Of a stretch of 64,000 nt of DNA, positions 47,701 through 60,843 are shown piece by piece. This DNA is from Antedon mediterranea (Eukaryota; Animalia; Echinodermata). Both the position numbers and the translations under genes were made by a program. The notes under the pieces were generated by a model, which searched no databases, was not told the origin of the DNA, and saw only the letters and a program-made list of their open reading frames with translations. The stretch is from the NCBI RefSeq assembly GCF_964355755.1, contig NC_092675.1, forward strand, positions 19,998,912-20,062,911, in the 5' to 3' direction. Every line of letters starts with the position of its first letter. Position 1 is the stretch's first letter.

Positions 47701-50700
47701 AGGCCTGAATACATTTGTTACACTCCTTTATGTTTTACAGTTGATTTTCCTCAAACTAAGTATTGCGAAGTTAAAATCACTGAAGATAAACTAAAAGCAT
47801 TCATCTATGCTGTGAAGAATCATTACTGGTATCAAATGTATATTGATGATCTGCCAATATGGGGTAAGTTGCAATTCTAGTCTCTCTTCCCAACCTCTTG
47901 TAATAGGGACTTTACGAAACATGACTGGAAGCCACAGAACGGTACTCATGAATAAATTATGCATTAGCTTTAACAAAGTGGGCGGAGCTTAGCGTGAAAT
48001 TCCGTCTCCACTTTTAGAGGACAATGAAGTTGCCATTTTCCTGTTTACAAAGATAATAATATACATATAACCTTAAAATACAGTTGAAACACTTAAACGT
48101 GGAAATTTCAGAACTTATTGGGTTAAAATGGCTGTGTTAAAACCAATAAATGCGAGGCTCCTAGCTAGGAAGGTTAGGCCTATGCTGTTCTACCAGAGCC
48201 AGGCGATTCAGAAGAGACAGGGGAGGGAGAGAGATACTGTCGGTCGTCTTCGCGCAAGGGTTCATAACTAATAAACGGCTATGTTGACTGTATATGATTT
48301 TACGCTTTAGCGAACACAGGATATTCGTCGTCCTCCCTTAACCGTCGTGTTTCGTAAAGTCGTTATTGTCTGTGTGGATATCATGTTTGAATGTATAGAG
48401 TAGAGCCCCTTTTTAGAGAAACTTTGTCCAGAAGGTTTCTTCTTCATTTGTGGTGTTCTATTGTTTTTTAAATTGTAAAATTTATATAAACATTACAATA
48501 ATAATCAACCTATTTGACTTCCCATAGGAATTGTTGGAGAGATTGACGAAGGCGGACAAGATTTCTACATATGGACACACAAGAAATTTGATATTGGTTA
48601 CAACAATGATCAAATTGTTGATGTTAATTTAACCAGTGAGGTCAAAGTTAAACTAGAACCAAATATAGAAATACCTTTCACATACCAAGTACAGTGGAAA
48701 AAATCAAATGTTCCTTATGTCAAACGTTTCGATAAATATCTCGATCCTAACTTCTTTCAACACAGGGTAAGAATATTTATTTATAAGAACTTATAAAATA
48801 GGCAGTGTTACTTTTAGTTTTATTATCATTATTATGCTTACTGGCGTTGTGTACAGTTACTGTTATCCATACTTATATACAGGCATACTCAGTAAAGCCC
48901 TTTTCTATGGAATACCTCTATTACTGTATTAAGCCTTGTCTACACTATTAAACTTTATGTGAAAAAAAAATGTGATGTGCCCATATATGGACATGATACA
49001 TGCACATAACATAACATGAAACAAACAAGAGGAAATATATATATACTGTATATAACACCTTTTTGAGGAAAAACTTGGGTCCTGAAGTCACCTTTGTTAG
49101 TGATCTTTACGATTAAATTATCTCCATGCCTTTAAAAAAATGGAAATTAAAATCAACCAAATTTGAAATAAAGCACTTTTTAGTGTGCATCACAGTGCTT
49201 CAGTTAGTAAAAACAGAGAATTAAGCAAACCCTTTATTGTCATACAAAAAAACAAGTGCATTACTGTATTACCTAATCCTGTTTGAATTATTTCTATTTC
49301 AGATTCATTGGTTCTCTATATTCAATTCTTTTATGATGGTAATCTTTCTGGTCGGTCTGGTCTCCATGATTTTGATGAGAACACTACGTAAAGATTATGC
49401 ACGTTACAGTAAGGATGATGATCTTGACGACATGGTTAGTATTATTCATTCATTTTTCTTGTAATTCTAACAAGGATACAGTTTTTTAAAGTATGAAGCT
49501 ATGTCTACACTATCAAACTAGTTTGACAAAAGAAGTGTGATGTGGTCATATATGGTAGTGATATGCATAAATATGGTAGTGATATGATATTAAGTCGAAG
49601 ATGCTCTCCAGGTGGAATGCCATCCTGAGATGAGTAGTAGTAATTAGTCTTGATTATTTCATTTCATTTATATGTACTTTTTACTTTCTATGGACCAGAG
49701 ATTCCGAAATAAAAGATTGAATGAATGAATATCATCATGTCCATATTTAGGCACATTTTTGTCACATAAAGTTTAATAGTGTAGACAGAGCTTTAGGTTA
49801 TGTGGCAAAATTTGTTACGTGACAGATCTTTCAACTGTTAGGAGGTTATAATGAGGTCTGGGTGCTGGATAAATTTGACAAAGTTAGTGCTGTAAATCAT
49901 TCTCATTTCATCCTTGTATTACGTTTTCAAATTATCTGTTTTAGGAAAGAGATCTTGGTGATGAGTATGGTTGGAAGCAAGTTCATGGAGATGTGTTCAG
50001 ACCAGCATCCTATCCAATGTTCTTCTCAGCTTTGATTGGAAGTGGGTATCACATCTCAGCTGTTGTCTTTACTGTCATTATGTTTGCTATTACTGGACAT
50101 TTATATGAAGAGTAAGTGGAATATATTTGCACATAGTCACCATTCACACCAAGGGAAAATATTAAAACGTTTTACTCCTTATTGACTTAGTAAGTGAAAT
50201 ATATCACTTAAGTGTGATTGGTAAATACAGCCACATGCCTTGTGATTAAAATGTATGAATGACTGTTAAATTCATGCATTAAGTCTATGTTTTTACAACA
50301 AATCTCCCCTTTCTGTTACTGATTCTGCATAAAATATAGCTATAGACAGCAAACGTGTATTAAACATTATTTTCTTAAAACTGAATATTTTTTTCTTATA
50401 CAAAGACAGGCCTAATGTTGTTAAAAATGTATTTAAAACACCTGTAATCCATTTATATTTTTTTTTCTTAGGCGAGGCTCACTATTAGGCACATCAATAT
50501 TTGTATATGCAGCAACATCACCAGTGAATGGATATTTTGGAGGTAGCCTCTATTCCAGAATGGCAGGTTAGTCATCCATACTGTACTCATGTGTAATTTA
50601 AGTTGGGGAAGCCCCCAAAACCAGCTTGTTTATTACTACAAATCTAGGCAAATCACTAGGATGTTTTAGCAATAACAAAGTTATGTTTTAATAGCCAATC

Positions 50701-53700
50701 AACTCCTAGTATTCTTTCTGTGTTAAATCAGTGGTTTGGCAGCAACAGTGTATTGGTCTTTGCGCAAGAATTCCAGAAATACAAACTCTGGGAATGTTTG
50801 ATTTTTTGGTAAATTTGTTTATACCAATCAGGATTCGCATGACTAACAGTCAGAATATTTCCGTTTTCCTAATGCTCTGTCTACACTTTCAAACTAGTTT
50901 TATCAAAAAAGTGTGATGTGCCCAAATATTGAAGTGACATGCTTAAATATGGTAGTGACATGCTTAAATATGATAGTGACATGACATCATGTCCATACAG
51001 TACAGAAAGAAAATACTGCAACTTTACCTACGAAGTAGCTTCGTAGATAGAACGTAGGCTACGTTGTTGGCTTCGTAGGTTCCATTGTTTGGCTTCGTAA
51101 CCTCAATAAACAACTTTCAATGAGCTACGTTCTGAACTTCGTAGGGAGTTCGTAACCTAAATAAACAACCCTACGATGTTCTTAGTGAAGTAAGGTGTGA
51201 AATTAATGTGTTAAATTTAATTAGCGGAGGACAAAGTTGTAAATTAATAAAAAATAAATAATATTTTTTAATCGTAATATTTTCCTTCGTGCGTGTTTAC
51301 CTACTCAACGGCAAATATAAATTTCCCACGATGTATAACGTAGAGAGAGACACGATCCAACACAGGTGAACCGCAACGAACAGGCCAACTAATATAATAA
51401 ACATAATATAGCGAACGTCCCATCCAGAAACGATGCCGAGAAAAAAAGATCGTAAACAATTCATTCTAAATATAGCATCAGGACGTTCAATCGGTCGCTC
51501 AAAAAGACTGCCGACAGAAGACCGTAATTAATACAGACCTAGTTTTTTTTTGGTCACATGGCATGAAACGCGATACTCTCTGCTTACCGCAATCTCTCAC
51601 ATGTTTTTTTTACTCAGTACGAGCTCGACGAGAGGGTGGCTACCGTCTGACAACGATAAAACAGTAATTAAGATTGTGTACCTGGATTTTGTGTCACATG
51701 ACATGAAACATAATACTCTCTCTACTGTGCTCAGCTCACATGTTTTTTCCCCTCCAAATTCTGGTCGGGCCTTTTTCTTTAATATACATGTCGTAATCAT
51801 TTTAAAAAAGGCCTATTTATGTATGTTAAATCTTAATATGGAATATATATTTATTTTGCATATATTTTGTTGGTTTCCTAGCGTAGGTGTCGTTGTTTTT
51901 ATAATTCGCTAACCCAACAAGGTAGGAATAAATAATTTATAGTGTAGGCCGCCGAAACAGGCTAGGCCTAGCCTCGACTCTCTCTACGTGAGCTGAGGTC
52001 CACCGGCCCGATGTCGTTTCGTCGGCGGATTTCCGTCCAAATTAGGATAACCGATGCGTAGGGCGGCTACAAAAATTGACCTACTATCTTTAGGTAGGAT
52101 TTTAATTAGCAAACAATACATTGTTTGTTTGCATTGTCCATGCTTCTACGAACCACCCTACGATCGAGGCGTAGCCTAGATTTCATAACAATACATCGTA
52201 GTAGGCTACGAACAATACATCGTAGGTAGGAGCGAACAATACATCGTAGGAGAGAACAATACATCGTAGGCTACAAACAATACATCGTAGGCTACAAACA
52301 ATACATCGTAGGCTACAAACAATACATCGTAGGAGAGAACAATGACCTACATTCTACCTACGATCTACCTACGAAAGCCTACGCGTAGATACGAAGCAGT
52401 AATTTCTTTCTGTACTGTATATAGGCACATCACATTTCATCATAAAAGCTTTAGCCCATGTGTGAATGGGGAATACAGCCACTGGACATTCTAAATAAGT
52501 TCTTGTTATGGTGTGCCAATTTTTAATTACTTGCCCTTGTTTTTTGTTTATTATCAGGTAAAATCTGGATCAAACAGATGGTACTGTCTGCATTTCTTCT
52601 ACCAACACTTGTTTGTGGCAATGCATTTTTCATCAATTTTATAGCTATTTATTATCATGCATCAAGGGCAATTCCTTTTGGAACAATGGTAAGATAATCC
52701 TCATTACCTTTTACAACCATATCATAATTATACATTATGGAAAATGAGAATTAAAATACCATGTATAGTAATTAATATAATAATTAAAGATAGTATTAAT
52801 AGAAGCTGTCTCTGATCCAATATTAACTGCAGGGACTGTGGGAACTAGTACAACTGGTGTTTTTTAATGGCCACAAATCCTGTCTTTGTTGCGAATAAGT
52901 TGAGAAATTTCACTTGCATGATAAACTGTTTGCGTATGGAAATATGCGTTTTTTTGTTCTCTTTCTATTATTTTTACCTTGCAATTTTAAATTATAATGA
53001 GCCTTTAAACAAACAACTATGTACATAACCGCTGAAGTTACTAAATTCCACAAAACAAAATGCTGATAGTTAATATTTTTGTTGTGTTTTTTCCCTCCAT
53101 ATTAACATTATTTTCTTTCTGTGGTTAGATTGCTGTAGCATGCATTTGCCTGTTTGTCATCTTGCCTCTGACCCTGGTCGGAACCATTGTTGGGCGGGCA
53201 ATTGCTGGACAGCCAAATCATCCATGTCGTGTCAACGCTGTACCTAGGCCACTTCCAGAGAAGAAGTGGTTTATGGAGCCGTTTGTCATCATCATGTTGG
53301 GTGGTGTGCTGCCTTTTGGATCCATTTTCATTGAAATGTAAGTAGATATAAAAGGTTTAATATATTATATTCATGCAGGTATAAGCCCACCCTCTTGAAC
53401 ATCATGTCCAGTTTGGGGGTGGGATTTTAATGCTAGCAAATAAATTTCAATTTTGTATCTACCATTCATACATAAGTTGGATATTAAAGGGGCAAAAATT
53501 TAATCTAATACCCCTTTGACACCACCTCTTAAAACAAACCGGAGCGCACACGGGTGTATGTAAACTTCGAAGATATGAAAGAGGTATTATCGGTGAACAC
53601 TGTACAAGCACTTAAGCTAAATTATTGTATTTCACTTCAGTGACTTCAGTTTAAATCATTTGAATTTCTAATATTTTTTTTAATTTATTTTTTTCATTTA

Positions 53701-54777
53701 TTTGTAGGTATTTTATTTTTACATCATTCTGGGCCTACAAGATATACTACGTGTTTGGATTTATGCTGCTTGTATTTATCATTCTCATTGTGGTTACTGT
53801 TTGTGTTACAATTGTTTGCACTTATTTCCTCTTAAATGCCGAGGACTATAGATGGCAGTGGACAAGTTTCTTGGCAGCAGCCTCTACTGCACTCTATGTA
53901 TATATTTATTCTTTCTACTATTTTTTCTTCAAAACAAAGTAAGTAACACGTTTTAGTCTTGAACAGAATAGAATTACTCCCAGCTTTTAGTAATGAACTA
54001 AAGGAATTGGAATTTCATTACCATGAATTTATACCAAACTAAAGTAAATTTATTATTAGGTTTTATAGTGCATTACAATATTGTTAGTTTGAAGGCTATT
54101 TTTAAGTGTCTTGTAGTGTTTCATTGTGTTGGATGAAAATCTACAGCATTTAAATTCAATTGAAATTTCTGACAAAAGAAATAACCAATTATGAATTCCA
54201 TTAAAAAGTAGTCAAATTATTATAAATTAATTATTAAATTAGATTTTTAGTTGCAATATTAAACTACTGCAAAATTTTATTTCTTAATATTAAAGTACCT
54301 GATTCTTGTTTCTATGATATTATTTGTCTTGTATCGTAGACAACTTGTGTGATACAGCATCACATTTGAATCACGTCTGAATTCTGTATCATGGAATAAT
54401 TGATCATGTTAGATTAAAAGTAGCATCACATGTAACATTTTTGCTATGATACTGATGTCACGTGTGATACATATGTGACTCAACAATTTGTCTTTGATTT
54501 ACAATTTGTATATACAGTACTGAAAATAGGCTCCTGAGTGAAGATGAAAATATAATAAGATATAATCCTGTAATATATAATATTTGTTATTAATAATGAA
54601 ATTAATTATCACAATTATTTTTCTTTTTTCAGAATGTATGGCCTATTTCAAACAATGTTCTACTTTGGCTACATGGCTATATTTAGTATAGGCCTGGGTA
54701 TCATGTGCGGAACATTCGGTTATCTTGGAACAAATACTTTTGTAAGAAAAATCTACTCTACTGTCAAGATAGACTGA
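41785..54777 (+). CDS. TM9SF3: Transmembrane 9 superfamily member 3 (nonaspanin/EMP70 family; 11 exons, ~582 aa)
   Basis: Exons 41785-41865, 45069-45264, 47741-47863, 48528-48766, 49303-49434, 49945-50111, 50472-50566, 52558-52688, 53129-53337, 53708-53938, 54633-54777 (1749 nt). Signal peptide then [31 protein letters not shown]; [15 protein letters not shown]; [16 protein letters not shown]; [13 protein letters not shown]; [13 protein letters not shown]; C-terminal VKID (KxD/E Golgi-retention motif). Confidence 0.97.
42338..44638. mobile_element. Merlin-like foldback element with long imperfect TIRs and an 8-bp TSD, hosting a nested Tc1-like element
   Basis: AAATTCAA|GGCGCTAGTTCCGTTTCGCACCTG ... 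CAGGTGCGAAACGGAACTAGCGCC|AAATTCAA. Inverted similarity extends ~350 bp inward (e.g. CTATGGAGCGCCAAAAGAGCAA vs TTGCTCTTTTGGCGCTCCATAG). GG termini with an 8-bp TSD fit Merlin; hAT is not excluded. Confidence 0.8.
42863..44269 (+). mobile_element. Tc1/mariner-type non-autonomous element B (~1.4 kb), copy 1
   Basis: TA|CAGTACAGAAAGAAATTACTGC ... GCAGTATTTTCTTTCTGTACTG|TA, with subterminal CTACG/CGTAG repeats and no transposase ORF. Strand is assigned only relative to copy 2. Confidence 0.9.
45344..47402. mobile_element. Tc1/mariner-type non-autonomous element C (~2.06 kb)
   Basis: TA|CAGTACCGGACAGAATTATTGCA ... TGCAATAATTCTGTCCTGTACTG|TA, with CGTTG/CAACG subterminal repeats. TIR related to element B; CpG-rich. 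Confidence 0.85.
47506..47707. mobile_element. ~200-bp MITE (family D), second copy
   Basis: Reverse complement of 5041-5242 (CAGGCCTTGTCTTTTGAAAATTATAGGTGTGCTAC...). Confidence 0.8.
47905..48364. mobile_element. MITE (~460 bp) with related AGGGAC termini
   Basis: AAT|AGGGACTTTACGAAACATGAC ... GTCGTGTTTCGTAAAGTCGTT|ATT. Confidence 0.7.
49497..49792. mobile_element. MITE family A copy carrying a ~140-bp retroposon 3'-end insertion (~49590-49730)
   Basis: Both MITE TIRs are present. The internal insert ends in AATAAAAGATTGAATGAATGAAT, after which the MITE sequence resumes (ATCATCATGTCCAT). Confidence 0.75.
50998..52417 (-). mobile_element. Tc1/mariner-type element B, copy 2 (inverted), inserted into a MITE A copy (50873-~52450)
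   Basis: Near-identical reverse complement of 42863-44269. The TA TSD falls inside the MITE A motif GTCCATA|TATAGGCACATCAC. Confidence 0.9.
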
Positions 54778-55831
54778 ACATAAAGCGGAATAGAATAGAT
54801 GATCTTGAACTACTATTGAAAAAAAAAGTGTGTAAGGAATTCTTTGCTAACATCAATATCACAAACATGCTTTGCAAATAATTTTTAATTGTTATTGATA
54901 CCTATGTAGTTACATGTGTTAGAATTTCCTATCAAAAGTTCAATTATTCTTGATGATTTCTAATTTAAAGCAATTCTATACTTGGATTTAAATCCTGTAG
55001 ATTACCATTCCCATACAAAGTTAACAAAGCAGTTTGTTTGAATAAATTTACAATAACTACATACAGGGCTATGAAGCCACTACCTGGTTGCCTTTAAATT
55101 TCAGAACATTTATTTCAAAATTGTCAATGAAATACTGTAGCCATTCGTATAATACGTTATATGAATATTGACATTAAAGAAATAGTGTAATTGAGCTATG
55201 AAGCCAGCCTGGTGCTGTTTGACAATCATAATTTGTTTGCTATCAGTGTTATCAAATTACTTCTCTTCCTCCACGCGCTACCTGCTTAAGTGTACATACT
55301 AACTTTGATATTAATATGGCCGTGGTGTTAGTACTGTATAGATACATCACTGTAAAGCATCTTTGTAAGCATCAGTAATGCCAACAAATATACAAATACA
55401 TATTGTACGAATAGGAATAAAATTATTAGAAAAACATGACTGCTGTATATAAGATATTCCATCTATAAATATTAATTTCTTAACCTGTAAAAGTCATATT
55501 TATCATACATTTTGCCCATTTATTTATTTATTTTTGCAAATCTAAAATAATTTGGCAAGGCAATAGTAAGCAACCATGCCGTGTGTACGAAGAGTGTTAC
55601 TTAGCATTATATAGGTAGATTATTTTCAAAATTGTTTAGTTTAAGAGCGTTTTATCAAGTTTAAGATGCGATTGTTGCACTGTATTGTCAAAAGTTTTAT
55701 TTAGTAAAAAAATAAATACTGTGTATAAACTGGAAATGCTATTGTACGCCCAGTTTGGCCGTCATTCTTTCTTAATTTAGAACTGAGGCCGTTGTTTTGT
55801 CCTACCATTACCCAACAGGGCATAAGTCTAA

Positions 55832-55996
55832 AGCTCGGTCTACACTATAGAACTAGATTGACAAAAAAGTATTATGTGCCCAAATATGGTAGTCATATGC
55901 TTAAATATGGTATTGATATGACATCATCATGTCCATATATTATATGGACACATCACATTTTTTTGTCGCATACATTTTGATAGTGTAGACAGAATT
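55832..55996. mobile_element. MITE family A copy
   Basis: AGCTCGGTCTACACTATAG...TTTGATAGTGTAGACAG. Confidence 0.8.
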
Positions 55997-56102
55997 TTAG
56001 TTTAACATGCACGATAAAACTTTATTTTGAATTTCAAATTTTGTTTTAAACATTTTGGTGGAAGCTACTACTAGTATACCTTCCCTATCCTGAGTTCTTT
56101 AA

Positions 56103-56281
56103 AGTGTGGTTCCCACTGGCGACGCAACGCAAGGACGTAACACAACGCAAGAGAATTGACCAATCACAAGCGATGGCTTATTCGCTTGTGATTGCTAACT
56201 GTCTATAACTTCGCTTGTCATTGGTTAAAACGCTTGCGTTGCATTTACGTCCTTGCGTTACATTTTAGTGGGAACCAAGCT
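56103..56281. mobile_element. Harbinger-like MITE; second copy at ~58591-58732
   Basis: GGTTCCCACT.GCGACGCAACGCAAGGACGTAA ... TTACGTCCTTGCGTT..AGTGGGAACC with an internal inverted CCAATCACAAGCGA; the same structure recurs at 58591-58732. Confidence 0.75.
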
Positions 56282-57648
56282 TTATGAAAACTCCAATACA
56301 AATAATAGTGATTAATTACCCTCCCATCGTTTTACCTTTTTTATTAAAGTAATGTTTTGATCATTTATGATATTGAGTAGTAACTGGTGGGTTGATTTAT
56401 TTGCTGGTCCGATTGATTGATTGATTGGTGGTGGTGTAGTACACATCATTTCAATCCCTGGCTTCACAGCAAATTTAAATCTATTTTTGTTTATAAATGT
56501 ATTTGTTACAAATCCGATTAACCCAGGTTGATTTTATTATATTTTAGAATAGTAAACAATCAAAGCAATCTAGATTGTCCTGGCATTAATTGGAGCTTAT
56601 TCGTTTTTCAATAAATTAATATGGATTGATTGAAATACATGACAATATTTATTAATGTATTATTATTGCAACATTTAAATATGAAATCAAGATGCCATTA
56701 AATTAGTTAATACACTTCAATATTGTTGGCCTCATATTTTGTATTATATAATAATTAAATGATGATTATTGTATCAAAGAGTTGTAGTTAAATAAATACG
56801 CTATGTTTACGATTACGTCGATCATTTTTTTAGTTGTGCAAGTTTTGTTTATATTACAGACATGTTTTTATTTGCATAAGAATACTACGATACGTTTGCT
56901 AGACAAAATATAACGTCGAGAGATATTGAAATCCCGACACTGGCGCAATTCGTGTTTAATGAGTAGTAGGCCTATGTGTCTCCGTAATTTGTACTGTATA
57001 TTTTATAGCTGATAAATAGCTCTGCACATTAATTGTATTAAGTATATTGTAATCATTTTTACTGTTAAATTTAGAGTAATAACATTTGTTTTGAAAATGC
57101 AATGGATATAGTTGGGACACTTCCGAGATATTTATTTAAATTTCTACAACAATACTACTATATTATGTTTATTTAAACTTACAGTCCGTGTAACCTTAAC
57201 CACATGGTAACTATTATATTGTAAATTGAATTACAAAAAGACATATTTTATGTTGAAACAAAAACAGTATATTATTCTGTTAATACTAATTTTAAAGAGA
57301 TGCACCTTTTATTTTAATGCTGTTTTGTTACATTTTGTTCTTTGTAGATTCATTGAATAAACAACACGTTTAAAATTGAATTGGACATTTGTGATAATTT
57401 AAAAAATCCAATACCAAAAAATCAATACAATTTACAATACAATATATAACAGTTATGATTAAAATCATTATGATTGACACGCTCTTTTCTCTATTGATGG
57501 CGTGCTTCAATCGGTTTAACTGTTCCTACATTCAACAAACATGTGTGGTAATGTTACGTTGGATTTACCTACCGGAGTTATATCGACTTTAACCGTTTTG
57601 CGCGCTTAGTTCGTCTGAACACAATTCATTGCTCTGTAGCTCCACTTT

Positions 57649-57802
57649 AGCTCTGTTTACACTATCAAACTAGTTTGACAAAAAATGTGTCCAAATATGG
57701 TAGTGAAATGTCTAAATTGGGTAGTGATATGACATCATGTCCATTATTATGGGCACATCACATTTTTGTTGTCACATAAAGTTTGATAGTGTAGACACCC
57801 CT
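57649..57802. mobile_element. MITE family A copy
   Basis: AGCTCTGTTTACACTATCAAAC...GTTTGATAGTGTAGAC. Confidence 0.8.
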
Positions 57803-60208
57803 TTACATATTTTTTAGAACATACGATACAACTGGTATAGATAATGCAGAGGATAATGCGCGTATGTACGTAACGAACGGATAACTACACAACTCTGTGT
57901 GAACCACTTCGAATGTTGTCGGTTAATAAGAAACGAACATTGCGACAATTAATCAATATTCGTACACATTGATCAAAGTCAATTAATGGATTAATCTGAA
58001 TGTGAAAGCGATCATCACTTTCCTTTAATATAGGCTACGTGAAGTAGTTTTTAATGTCAGTTCACATGGAGACATTATCCGCAACCTCAACATAGGTACA
58101 ATGCCAAAATAGCACGTCAAAGACAAGAATTATTATGCATTCGTTTTCTTTTGTTGAATAACATACACGATGCTATTATTTTTTTGCGATAATTTTTTAA
58201 TTTAAAAAACATTCGTAAAACGATCAGGAAGTCATTTGCCCAGAATATTTATTATTCATTAATCTTCCATGGTTTAGGATATGTAGGCCCTATACCCGAA
58301 ATAGATCTTATATTCATTAATTACTCGAATATATTTATTATTTATACCTCCATGGTTATTATGTTACCAGCAATGTTAATGGTATTGGATATCTACAGTA
58401 TAGAGTTACAGGAATCAGTCTTGAGTGATTTATGCATGCTATACTTCTGACATGTTTATCATTTAGATAATAAGTTTATTAACAATGTGTTTCCTCTTCT
58501 ATAATTTATTTTACTTTACATAACACGGCTAATTTTGAAATAGTATGGACATCCTATCTGATTATTTATAAACCAGCAGTACAAATATTATGCTTTGTTC
58601 CCACTAGGACACAACGCAAGCGCGTTGACCAATCACACGCGTCTGTTCGAATAATCCATCGCTTTGAGATTGGTCAAATCATTACTTTTTTTTGTTGCGT
58701 TACGTGCTTGCGTTGCGTCCTAGCGGGAAGCTTTACATACATTGCACGTGAGATTTTAACAATGAACCTACCACTAGTAAACTCATCCTGTCTGCTTGTT
58801 TATGATGATTGAGCCATTCAGTGTGAACGATGACTATGGACAATTATTTATATCACTGAAGATTGGCCTATATTCTATCAACTGCGTTACGTGTTGTTGT
58901 GAGATTTGCTCATATTTCAACACGTGCGATGTTCAATTAAGGATTGTTTGGGTGTAAGTAATCGAAATGAAATGTTGTAACGTATCTAGACAATAATGCT
59001 ATTCTATTTTTAGTTTATAATTGCTTTGATACCTGGATGTATTGAAGGTGATTAGAGGGTATAACCTGTGTCTTTAGCTGATATTTACAAGTGACGTGAG
59101 TATTTCATTTCCGTGAGGTGTGAACTAATGCGAACGTCCAAATATCTAACAATCTTGTGGAAATTGAATTAAGTTAATATAGAAACATCCGAACGTTTTC
59201 CATGCCTAAACCACTACACCTGTACCCATTGAAGGCATTATTATAGGCCAGGTTACATTTCACAAATGGTTTTGTTTCCGCACTCTAGCGCGTCACAGCC
59301 AAATTTCTTTTGAAAAGCAGTAGCCCAGTTTGTAGTACAGCCAATTATTATTATCAGTATTCAAAAAGAATAAAAGGCAAGCGCATCACTAAATGTAAGT
59401 AAACACTTGAAACAATAAAAGAAAGTTGAATAGGTAATGGTCTTTACAAATATGACCAAAATGCATTGAGAAAGTATGTCACGCCAACGAGGAAAATATC
59501 ACCTTGTTGCAGTCCCAAAATCTATAGATGTGACAAGCATCACTTATAATATTTCAAACGAAGGACCTTTAGCGGCCTAAGATAGAAAGGACATGGAGGA
59601 TAGAAAATAAAATGTAATCAGGATTTTATTTTGAAAACGATATTGTATTATTACGAGGTAAAATGTTCCATACAAGAATCAATAAATTATTATGGTGGTA
59701 ATGATGATAATTACGATGATGTCTCGGTGGCATTGACGATAATATAATAATATTCGGTACGTATTCGGTCTTACAGCACTTAATGCTGAAAGCCTCTAAA
59801 GAGCATTATTTTTTTGGATCAAACAACATACTTCCATAATGTTGCAGTAGTAATCAGCACAGTTGTGTTTTGACAATACTAGGTACCCATGTGTACACCT
59901 GGATGAATAGAGGCAAACGTAAGAAGGCATAAAGTGTATTGCCTTGTACACATAATGCGACAGGTGGTAGATTCGATATCCCGATTTCGCGATCAAACTC
60001 AACGTTAAACACCTATGCCACACACTACACACGCTCTCTCTAATCAGGGCATTGAGGATAAGATAAAATTACACTAAACCGACATCATTTAAATTATCAT
60101 TTATAATCATCATTTTACCATAATAATCGTGAAATGTATTGTATGCCTCCTACACATTCTACTTCGCATAGCCTGCAAAGTACCAACGGTCAGCGAATAA
60201 CGCCTAAT

Positions 60209-60385
60209 ATGCAAATAATAAGATACGTGTAGTATTTTAGCCAATCGTGGGGGATTAGTATGAACTAAGCACGAACAGTAATAATTATTAAATTTATGAT
60301 TTAGCGATTTTCCTGGATATCCATGCTCAACAGGAGCATGTTGATGACGTCAAGATGTTTGCACTTACTGCATATCCATTATAAA
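60209..60385 (+). promoter_or_regulatory. Candidate Pol II promoter: octamer, CCAAT, CRE and TATA
   Basis: ATGCAAAT 60209-60216, AGCCAATC 60239-60246, TGACGTCA 60345-60352 and TATAAA 60380-60385, in canonical order ~350 nt upstream of the signal-peptide ATG. Confidence 0.55.
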
Positions 60386-60729
60386 TGTGTATCGATTTTT
60401 CGCTTAAGAATACATAAAGCTTTTTCAGTGGAAACAGTCAATAAAATACGGAAAGCACGTTCTGACAGATTTTAATCACTTTTGGCGGTCCATACAAATG
60501 GTTGCATCGTTTAGTTGATTCGTGCCTTCGCTCGGAAAGTTACATGCTTTGGAGAATGCAGCCAATACTGTATCTAAACATTTCAGATCGCACATATTGA
60601 TGTGTGCACCTAATGAGATAGAACAGAAACGCAGTTTATAAATGAGTATCTAATGTTACGAAGTGTTTTTTATATTGACTTGGTATAATTATCGTTAAAT
60701 TTGTCGTTGACTATATTATACAGAAGACA

Positions 60730-60843
60730 ATGAAGAAGCGTTTGTTCTTTACTTTGATTATTTCGCTATGTATATTGAGTATCTTTGCTATCGATGCACC
60801 GGACCCTCTTCCGGACCGTTTGTTTCGACTGGACCCTGTTAAG
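60730..60843 (+). CDS. Probable first coding exon of an unidentified secreted or membrane protein; the gene probably continues beyond the window
   Basis: MKKRLFFTLIISLCILSIFA-IDAPDPLPDRLFRLDPVK has a basic n-region, hydrophobic h-region and small residues at the likely cleavage site, followed by a strong donor AAG|GTAAGA. Promoter motifs lie upstream. No second exon was identified in the window. Confidence 0.6.

Noticed and set aside
342-54777. Minor-spliceosome (U12) or non-canonical introns
   Set aside because: All donors I assigned are GT without the RTATCCT U12 consensus, and all acceptors are AG.
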